A program made the position numbers and the translations under genes. Positions 39,398 through 49,271 of a DNA stretch of 64,000 nt are shown one piece after another (within the stretch, counting starts at the first letter, position 1; every line of letters begins with the position of its first letter). The notes below the pieces were generated by a model that saw only the letters and a program-made list of their open reading frames with translations, did no database searches and was not told the origin of the DNA. The DNA lies in the NCBI RefSeq assembly GCF_001194135.2, contig NC_068983.1, positions 118,818,431 through 118,882,430 of the forward strand, given 5' to 3'. This DNA is from Octopus bimaculoides (taxonomy: Eukaryota).

Positions 39398-40060
39398 AAA
39401 GGCGGTGAGCTGGCAAAAACGTTAGCACGCCGGGCGAAATGCTTAGTGGTATTTCATCCGTCTTTACGTTCTGAGTTCAAATTTCGCCGAGGTCAACTTT
39501 GCCTTTCTTTCTTTCGGGGTCGATTAAATAAGTACCGGTTTCGCACTGGGGTCGATGTAATCGACTTAATCTGTTTGTCTGTCCTTGTTTGTCCCCTCTA
39601 TGTTTAGCCCCTTGTGGGCAATAAAGAAATAAGAAACGTCAACACACCGGGCGAAATGCTTAGTGGCATTTCATCCGTCTTCGTGTTCTGAGTTCAAATT
39701 CCGCCGTGGTCGACTTTGCCTTTCATCCTTTCACGGTCGATGAAATAAGTATCAGTTGTGCACTGGGATCGATCTAATCGACCTATCCCCACCCCCGAAA
39801 TTGCCGGCTTTGTGCCAAAATTTGAGATCATTTACGTCTCAAAAGTAGCGAGCTGGCAGAGCTTTTAGCACGCCGGTCAAAATGCTTAGCAGTATTTCTT
39901 TCGGTTTCACATTCTGAGTTCAAATCCCGGCGAGGTCAACTTTTCCTTTCATTCTTTCGGAATTGATGAAATGAAGTACCAGTCAAGTTCTGGAGTCAAT
40001 GTAAGCAACTAACGCCCTCCTCCTGAAATCGATGGATTTGTGACAAAACTTGAAACCGTC
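39398..40060 (+). mobile_element. Three tandem SINE family A units (first with an alternative 3' tail)
   Basis: Units start ~39398, ~39632 (headless) and ~39841; 14-mer ATTTACGTC(A/T)CAAA is duplicated at 39387 and 39830. Confidence 0.88.
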
Positions 40061-40413
40061 ATGTAGATTTTATGCATCTTTACTACTTTTTTCTTCTCAA
40101 TTATCTTCGTATCACAGTTTCAAGGATGTCTGAATCTTCCACCCAGAAAGCATTCTGCAAAGTTATCTTAACAATCTAAAAGGTCAATTAAATAAAATAC
40201 TAGTGAAGTACTGTGTGGTCGATGGTATCAACTATACACTCTCTTCAAATTAACTAGTCTCGCGCCTAAATCAAAAACACTTATGATATATTAAGGTTGA
40301 AAATAGCAACTGATTTGAAACTTGAAGCAAAAGAAATAATGCAAAGGTAACATCATCAAGTGATGTAGAAGAGAAGATATTCTACATGATCTTCTCAGCA
40401 TAAAACCAAATCA

Positions 40414-40527
<114 letters not shown>

Positions 40528-40528
40528 C

Positions 40529-40911
40529 TGTGACAATTATTCGGTAGCCATGATAAAACTCCGAGTTTCGGATGTCGGGGCGGACACCCACGCCGCCATC
40601 TCTTCAGTTATCTGGCCATCGAAAAAATTCTATGAAAATGACCGTTAAACGAAGGGAAATTACTGTGTGGGGTACGCATGTGTATGTATGTACTTGTGCG
40701 CTTACGCGAATACTATGAACATTTTTACTCCCTTACCTTTACTCCTTCCCCTCACATAGCGGTCATTCTAATAGCTCTTTTGTCTTAATAACGGTCAATC
40801 ATACAGGAATTTCCCTTTGTTTAACCGTCATTTTCATAGCATTTTTTCGATGGCCAGATAACTGAAGAAATGGCAGCGTGGGTTTCCGCCCCGACATCCG
40901 ACATTGTCACA
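40529..40911. mobile_element. Fold-back element with ~102-bp inverted arms and TGTGACAAT...ATTGTCACA termini
   Basis: 40568-40669 versus the reverse complement of 40800-40901: 8 mismatches in 102 nt by manual count; terminal 9-mers inverted; flanks TATC/TATT. Confidence 0.85.
40545..40618 (-). ncRNA. Type I hammerhead ribozyme, apparently complete
   Basis: Minus strand: UGGCCAGAUAA CUGAAGA [GAUGGCGG-cgugggugu-CCGCcccgaCAUCC] GAAA CUCGGAG U U UUAUC(A)UGGCUA. 11-bp stem I with one bulge, conserved core, branched stem II, 3-bp stem III. Confidence 0.8.
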
Positions 40912-41006
40912 TATTATTTACAGATAAATTCCTCTATTTACATAATATCGAGGTCTCTTTCTTTCTTTTGTTGTCTTACCCTTTCTATCAATATATATAT
41001 ATATTA

Positions 41007-41246
41007 TAGGCGTAGGAGTGGCTGTGTGGTAAGTAGCTTGCTTACTAACCACATGGTTCCGGGTTCAGTCCCACTACGTGGCACCTTGGGCAAGTGTCTT
41101 CTACTATAGCCTCGGGCCGACCAAAGCCTTGTGAGTGGATTTGGTAGACGGAAACTGAAAGAAGTCCGTCGTATATATGTGTATATATGTATGTGTGTGT
41201 ATATGTTTGCGTGTCTGTGTTTGTCCCCCCAACATCGCTTGACAAC
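41007..41246 (+). mobile_element. tRNA-derived SINE family C (CORE-like body, TA/TG-rich segment)
   Basis: A box TGGCTGTGTGG, B box GGTTCAGTCCC, GGCACCTTGGGCAAGTGTCTTCTAC; runs into a gap. Confidence 0.88.
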
Positions 41247-41885
41247 NNNNNNNNNNNNNNNNNNNNNNNNNNNNNNNNNNNNNNNNNNNNNNNNNNNNNN
41301 NNNNNNNNNNNNNNNNNNNNNNNNNNNNNNNNNNNNNNNNNNNNNNNNNNNNNNNNNNNNNNNNNNNNNNNNNNNNNNNNNNNNNNNNNNNNNNNNNNNN
41401 NNNNNNNNNNNNNNNNNNNNNNNNNNNNNNNNNNNNNNNNNNNNNNNNNNNNNNNNNNNNNNNNNNNNNNNNNNNNNNNNNNNNNNNNNNNNNNNNNNNN
41501 NNNNNNNNNNNNNNNNNNNNNNNNNNNNNNNNNNNNNNNNNNNNNNNNNNNNNNNNNNNNNNNNNNNNNNNNNNNNNNNNNNNNNNNNNNNNNNNNNNNN
41601 NNNNNNNNNNNNNNNNNNNNNNNNNNNNNNNNNNNNNNNNNNNNNNNNNNNNNNNNNNNNNNNNNNNNNNNNNNNNNNNNNNNNNNNNNNNNNNNNNNNN
41701 NNNNNNNNNNNNNNNNNNNNNNNNNNNNNNNNNNNNNNNNNNNNNNNNNNNNNNNNNNNNNNNNNNNNNNNNNNNNNNNNNNNNNNNNNNNNNNNNNNNN
41801 NNNNTTTGTGTACATTTAAACTTAATAAAATATTATTTTACAGAATAATAGAATTAAAATTTCTTTGATTAAAACCTTTTCTAAC

Positions 41886-42410
41886 ATGGAAATATCCAAA
41901 GAGCATTTGAGGCACATAATGCTTTATGAGTACAAAAAAGGAAACTCTGCAGCCGAAGCGACTCGAAACATACACTCAGTTTATGGGAAAGAATGCTTGA
42001 ATGAAAGAACTTGCAGAAGATGGTTTGCAAAATTCAGAAGTGGAGATTTCAGCCTCGCAGATGAAGATTGAGTTTGATGATAAGCTCCTTGAGGCATTAC
42101 TTGATGAAAATCCTGCATTATCAATTGAAGAATTGTCAATAAAACTTAGTTCAAACCATAAAGCTTAGTTCATCATCATCTTCAACAACTTGGAAAGGTT
42201 CCTAAACTTGGAAAATGGGTGCCTCATGAATTGTCCAAAAGCAACCGCAAATCCAGAGTTGACATCTGTTCTCTCCATTCTCGCGAACTCATTTCGCTCT
42301 TTTTGGATAGACTTGTGACAGGTGACGGAAAATGGATCTTCTATTGAAATGTTAAACGTCGTAAACAGTGGCTTAGTAAAAGGGAAAAGGCTCAACCTTA
42401 TTCGAAGACT
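41886..42410 (+). mobile_element. Mariner transposase pseudogene fragment (N-terminal HTH to first catalytic Asp)
   Basis: MEISKEHLRHIMLYEYKKGNSAAEATRNIHSVYG...RRWFAKFRSGDFSL; GKWVPHEL; LDRLVTGDGKW; stops and frameshifts. Confidence 0.9.
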
Positions 42411-43104
42411 ACAGATCCAATCCATCACTGGAACTGTAAAAAAACTGTAAAACTTTCCAGAAGTTTATCACTTAAATATATATGAGCATGTCTAGATATG
42501 CAACTATATGCAGGAGAATACATACATAAAACATACAAATTTGCACATACATACATACATACATACATACATACATACATACATACATCAAACAAACAGA
42601 AGTACCCTGTTGTTGATGATGAAATTCCAATGAAGGAGCCTTTTATCTACGTTAGAAACCATTGGCAAGAAATCTTGAAATGAACTGGATTATGACATGC
42701 ATACATATACACACTGTTGTAGAAGTGAACTGCCCAGCGGATGTGAATGTACAATCAAAAGTTTAGGAAAAAGATTACATTTATGGTGAGTTAACGTTTG
42801 AACTTACAGCTCTTGTACCCTGAACATATATTCTCATTTGTACCTGTTATCATAAGTGCGTTGGGTTATATACCAACAAATTTGCACAGAAACCTAGAAA
42901 TAATCGATTTCATGGAGAAAGTTCAAAAGAAACTGACGCGGAGTCTTGGGTGAATGCATCGACTGTTTAACCAACACACCAACTCAACCACATGTTTACA
43001 AACACCAGATACTCTCTTAACTCAAAAAGTCTTGTCACATTTTTAGCGACCGGTTTAAACTCTCTCAAGAATTCAAATAGAACTCAAAGAAAACTCATAC
43101 ATAC

Positions 43105-43112
43105 ATACACAA

Positions 43113-43165
<53 letters not shown>

Positions 43166-43400
43166 NNNNNNNNNNNNNNNNNNNNNNNNNNNNNNNNNNN
43201 NNNNNNNNNNNNNNNNNNNNNNNNNNNNNNNNNNNNNNNNNNNNNNNNNNNNNNNNNNNNNNNNNNNNNNNNNNNNNNNNNNNNNNNNNNNNNNNNNNNN
43301 NNNNNNNNNNNNNNNNNNNNNNNNNNNNNNNNNNNNNNNNNNNNNNNNNNNNNNNNNNNNNNNNNNNNNNNNNNNNNNNNNNNNNNNNNNNNNNNNNNNN

Positions 43401-43465
<65 letters not shown>

Positions 43466-43510
43466 TACATACATACATACATATATACATACATACATAC
43501 ATACATACAT
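43105..43510. repeat. (CA)n and (CATA)n microsatellites around a gap
   Basis: Direct reading. Confidence 0.9.
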
Positions 43511-44294
43511 GTGACAATCTGGATAAGCTAAAGTTTTCAGAAAAAGACTAATTCGCACATTGCAAATACAATATGTAAATGGAACAATAAGAATATGCAA
43601 GACTTTCCTACCTAAAGTTCAAAATGTGACGTTGTTTTTGCTATCTACATTCCAACGATTGAGCTGTATATTTTTGTTATAATCCAACTCCTTCTTTACA
43701 GGATGATCTCAAATAATCCAAAGTAGAAGAGAACATAGATACACATGAGTATGTGCATGTGAATATGTGTGTGTGTGTGTGTGTGAGCGTGCGTATGTGT
43801 ATGTGCACGCATGTGTGTGATGAACCATTTCTTTCGTTATCTCTTGCCCAGAGACAATTAATATGCTGTATAACATCAAATTTGAAATAACTGCGCTAAA
43901 TTCTATTTCAATGTTCGCCCGCCTTTAAAATTCGACATTACGTCAATTTAACTTTGGCAGCCACTTCTAGTTGTCGGCTCTACCAAAATCTGTGATATAA
44001 CTTTGGACAGCCTGATCAAATTTCTGAAAGTTCTCTTTAGAAATCCGAGCAGGCGTAGTTAATATGTGTTTCCGCCGTTTGCCTGCATTCTTCACCTTTC
44101 ACCTATATTTTTAAAGGCAGCTCTGTACTGTTCATCTCCAATCCTTTGCTATGCACCATAATATCAGTTTTATTCAGACGTGCCTTATCGTTATATCAAA
44201 TACTTTCATTCTTTCATATATTACTGTATAATTACAAAAAGATGTTTATTGCTTTGTCACACATTCACGTAACAGTTGATATTTCTTATACATA

Positions 44295-44488
44295 TAAGGC
44301 GGCAAGCTGACAGAATCGTTAGCATGTCGGGCGAAATGCTTAGTGGCATTTCGTCCGTCTTTACGTTCTGAGTTCAAATTCTGCCGTGTTCGACTTTACC
44401 ATTCATCCTTACGTGGTCGATAAAATAAGTACCAGTCGAATTACCCACTCTCTCAAAGTTGCAGGCCTTGTACCAAACTTTGAAATCA
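44295..44488 (+). mobile_element. SINE family A copy
   Basis: TAAGGCGGCAAGCTGACAGAATCG head, B box GAGTTCAAATTC, and tail. Confidence 0.88.
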
Positions 44489-44499
44489 ATATTTCTCAT

Positions 44500-44884
44500 G
44501 CTGCTGGCACTCCGTCGCTTACGACGTCGAGGGTTCCAGTTGATCCGATCAACGGAACAGCCTGCTCGTGAAATTAACATGCAAGTGGCTGAGCACTCCA
44601 CAGACACGTGTACCCTTAACGTAGTTCTTGGGGATATTCAGCGTGACACAGTGTGACAAGGCTGACCCTTTGAATTACAGGTACAGCAGAAACAGGAAGT
44701 AAGAGTGAGAGAAAGTTGTGGTAAAAGAGTACAGCAGGGTTCGCCACCATCCCCTGCCGGAGCCTCGTGGAGCTTTAGGTGTTTTCGCTCAATAAACACT
44801 TACAACGCCCGGTCTGGGAATTGAAACCGCGATTCTATGACCACGAGTCCGCTGCCCTAACCACTGGGCCATTGCGCCTCCACT
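44500..44884 (-). mobile_element. Full-length SINE family B (tail variant 2) with 11-bp TSD
   Basis: ATATTTCTCAT at 44489-44499 and 44885-44895. Confidence 0.92.
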
Positions 44885-46059
44885 ATATTTCTCATAGATA
44901 CAATTATTAAACAATTTCAGCACACAACTCCACAAATAAATATAGTTTCATAGCATAGTCGTGCAATATTGCTGTATGACGATGACTCTTCGCTGACTCC
45001 CCGAGATTGGTGAAATCAGTGTGGTTTATGTTCATCTAGAGCATTTGTTAACGAATTTCTGCATATTTATTCTTAATACATCTCGGCAATTTCAGACGCA
45101 AAATATGCTGGGCACTGTAGGTTTTGAAAAGAAAAAAAGATAGAAGAGATCGTTCACTATTTTCCTCTCGTTCTGGTCTAACGACGCTCCATGTTTGTTT
45201 TCGTTCGGTTTCCTTGTATGTCTCCACTGTTCTGTTTTTGTTCCCAACCTTGACCCCACCATAAATCCCAAATTTTATTTTGGAATTTATGGGAGCAACT
45301 GTCTTCGAAGACTCATATTGTCGTTGAATGCTCGAAATGAGGAGTAGATAGACAGCCGACAACTGATGAAGGGTCGTTCTTTGTGTTACTTTTCTATTAC
45401 CTTTCCTGTTTTCCATTTTTTTGCCTCGTCGTTTGCGTATTTAACTCGTTTGTTTTCGTACTTCATGTTGTTTANNNNNNNNNNNNNNNNNNNNNNNNNN
45501 NNNNNNNNNNNNNNNNNNNNNNNNNNNNNNNNNNNNNNNNNNNNNNNNNNNNNNNNNNNNNNNNNNNNNNNNNNNNNNNNNNNNNNNNNNNNNNNNNNNN
45601 NNNNNNNNNNNNNNNNNNNNNNNNNNNNNNNNNNNNNNNNNNNNNNNNNNNNNNNNNNNNNNNNNNNNNNNNNNNNNNNNNNNNNNNNNNNNNNNNNNNN
45701 NNNNNNNNNNNNNNNNNNNNNNNNNNNNNNNNNNNNNNNNNNNNNNNNNNNNNNNNNNNNNNNNNNNNNNNNNNNNNNNNNNNNNNNNNNNNNNNNNNNN
45801 NNNNNNNNNNNNNNNNNNNNNNNNNNNNNNNNNNNNNNNNNNNNNNNNNNNNNNNNNNNNNNNNNNNNNNNNNNNNNNNNNNNNNNNNNNNNNNNNNNNN
45901 NNNNNNNNNNNNNNNNNNNNNNNNNNNNNNNNNNNNNNNNNNNNNNNNNNNNNNNNNNNNNNNNNNNNNNNTATATATATCATTTATATTATTATTTAAC
46001 TGAACGCCACGCATCCATTTCCAAGTAAGCATATATATTGTGCTACGGGAATAATATTT

Positions 46060-46254
46060 TCAGAAGTCAAAACGTATAGTAATAAGCAAACGGACAGAAA
46101 GACATACTAAATACACTGAATGCACAGACGCACAGAGCGCGAACACTGGTCACAAATTCCTCGATAACTGATGAGGAACTTGTGCGTCTATGCATTCAGT
46201 GCATTTAGTATTTATTTCTGTCGGTTCGCTTATTACTATACGTTTTGACTTCTG

Positions 46255-46255
<1 letters not shown>
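46060..46255. mobile_element. ~196-bp fold-back/palindromic element
   Basis: 46060-46134 versus the reverse complement of 46181-46255: 6 mismatches in 75 nt; inner hairpin CACAAATTCCTC/GAGGAACTTGTG. Confidence 0.75.
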
Positions 46256-46312
<57 letters not shown>

Positions 46313-47299
46313 GTATGTGCGGGTGTATGTATGTATATAAACATCCATCCATCCATCCATCCATCCATCCATCCATCCATCCATACATACATACATAGNN
46401 NNNNNNNNTATATATATATATATATATTTAAAATAGGTTCTCAAATGAAAGACTATAACAGCCGACTCGTATAGCTGAGTTTAGTAATTCGTATTTTGGC
46501 ACAGAGAAGCATTACTTAAAGTGTTACAAGATGCACGCCTGATCGTTGAGCAGTTTACTTCTACATGTTGTGGTGGTCACATCTTCATAAGGCTGATTGA
46601 TGAAGCTCGGTCCCATTAGTTGTTCGGATCTCGTCAAGTCGGTGTCTCGGTTTTGTCGCCTGTTGTTGAATAGGAGGAAATTCTAGTGGAATGAGCAAGT
46701 GTAGTCTCCTTTTCTTCTGTTAGAAATTCCATTAAATTTCTGTAATTTAAAAGGGTTCACTAACATCTGTAAAATGGAATTAACGGTTAATTGCGTACAA
46801 CTAATGATTTACTAATTACCCAAAAGAACAACAACAATTCTGTTTTCTTTAAACAGCTTGCTGTTGCAAAATGTGCCACTTCGGGAAGAGACAGAGATGA
46901 CATATATGTGTTTTAGATAAGGAAGGCGATATGTTCAAGATCATACCGAAAGAGATAATTCTCTGAAGCCGAACTCTTCATATAAAATGTTGCAGAGAAT
47001 TGGAATTTTCTTTGCCCCTAGAACAGAAAGCGTGCAGATGCTGCGTAAACCCACTATTGAAATGATTTGCTGGAAGCGTTGGAAGGGTAAAATGCTCTCC
47101 ATGAGTATATTATTTGATTGCAGGAGATGCACGTGCTCGAAACGAACGTTCCGTATGTGTAACCTGTTACATTGAAAACAATGGTATGAAGGAATAAATA
47201 ACTCACCTTAACATTGTGCGCATGAAAGGAATCGTTGGAAAATTAGGAATAAAACTTTCCTGGCTGTGTTTGGAGAGCCACCTCAGTTGAGCAGTGGAT

Positions 47300-47525
47300 T
47301 GAAGCAGACTGCTTTCCCAATCCTAACAAGGTTTAGGAAAGAGGAAGGGACATCTTCCAGATCGAACAAATTCTTACTAAAGTAGATCGTCGCTATCATC
47401 CCGTTATGGTGGCTTGGAACTGAATCAAAGATACTCAAGGAAAAATTGAATATATGTCTATATTCGAAGTAATGCATCTCCGACTCGAAATGTATGCATA
47501 CATCTATACACTTATACATGCATAT

Positions 47526-47574
<49 letters not shown>

Positions 47575-49231
47575 CACACGAGCGCGCATGACTCGCACAC
47601 ACACACACACACGCACGCGCGCACACACGTACATACATATATTTATACACATGCATAAGCATGTATCAAAACAAAGAGGAATTAATAAGGGATTAGTAAT
47701 GCAAGCGAAATACTTCTTAAGCTCTCTCAAGATAGAGGTACACCAAGCTAATAAAAAAAGTCTTACGATCGGTCTTAATCTAGGTAATCCAAATCAAAGA
47801 CCGTCGCCAGTCAAATTTCTATATACATGGTTCCAACACCCACTTCATATAGTATGTTTTTACCGAATGAAATATAAACTAATGTGTTTTATACATTCAT
47901 TTATTTATTATAGGCTTACAGCTGTTTCAGTTACGCGTCTGGGCACGTACATGACTCAACCGTATTAATCAATCAATTGATCGACTGAAAATATTGGGAA
48001 CCAACTGCCCGAATTTATCTTCGTCTGAGCCAGCACAAATCTAATGCCAACAAAAAAGAAGAAACGGTAAAGGAAGGAATTTGGCTAATGTGATATTTCT
48101 TATATAGTACTGAGTCATCAATTTTATATATCAGCCTTAAGCCATTGTTGTCGCTTGCCATCTTGCCAGGCTGCTGGTGATTGCTACTATATTTTGGGAG
48201 AATGTCAGGGAATATATGCAAATATACGAATCAAAAGGCAGCTAGGTTTCTACGTAGTGTCAACTTGAAGTATGAAAATCTATATATTTCCTACGACTTC
48301 ACATAATTAAAAACAGTTGCAAGTAATGGTTAAGGCAAGTGATCAGGAATTAGAAATAAACTATAACAAGTAAAGTAACAATAACACGAGGACTGCATTA
48401 TAATCCTAAATTATAGGACTTTTGGTACTGATGCACTAAGATATAATCTTTTAAGAGGATGGTAATGTTATATTGCACCAGTATAAACCGGAACAAAATA
48501 GAAACTGAAACCAAAATAAAAAAAAAAACAACAACAAACATCAAAATGAAAAGGAGAATAAATTGGAAGACAGAAATATAAGAACAGGGATATAGGAAAA
48601 CAAAATAGATGTCTTCTTGTAGTAGAGAGGAAGGAAAAGGAATAAAAAAGACTTCTATAATTTGAACAATTAAGAAATCTCACAAATAATATTGAATCTA
48701 AATATGCTATTGGACTAGGAATTTTTGCAGGTATAAACATATTCATGCGTTCAAATGTTTAATCATCGAAGTTTCTTGAAAAAATGTTTACCTCTTAACG
48801 CTAGCTCCTGTCATTTATTCGGAATATACTTCGACGTAACTAGTAACGATAATTCTTCTAGGTAAAATTTACATCTAGTTTTCTCTTCGTGGTAAGGTGG
48901 TGTATTGCTTAATATTGACCATTGAATTTGTTTTGTTATCTTTTTAACTTGCAAGTCGATTGAAATAGGTTACTATCCTTCTGCTAACAAGGTCTAGTGA
49001 CGAAAATGTGACATGTTCTAGATTGAACAACTTCTTACTAAACTATGCCCTCACTAATTCCTCGTTATCGCGATAAAGAGGCGTTATGGTGATAACCATA
49101 ACATGGAAATGAGTCAAACATACTTGAGGGAGAATTAAATATATCTCTATATTCAAAGTAATGCATCTCCGACACAAAATATACGTACATCTATACATCT
49201 ATATATATATATATGTACATTTATGCACTCA

Positions 49232-49271
<40 letters not shown>

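Noticed and set aside
43510-44262. TGTGACAA...TTGTCACA as a second member of the 40.5-kb element
   Set aside because: The match is limited to 8 terminal bases; no longer inverted repeat or hammerhead inside.
47206-47321. Possible 116-nt minus-strand exon (DWESSLLQ...) with a GTGAGT donor
   Set aside because: No recognisable protein similarity, no partner exons, and it overlaps the start of the tandem repeat unit.
48250-48370. Cadherin-like words (VKASDQ, LKYE) in the tandem units as protocadherin pseudogenes
   Set aside because: The words fall in different frames, are not conserved across units, and lack DxNDN/LDRE motifs.
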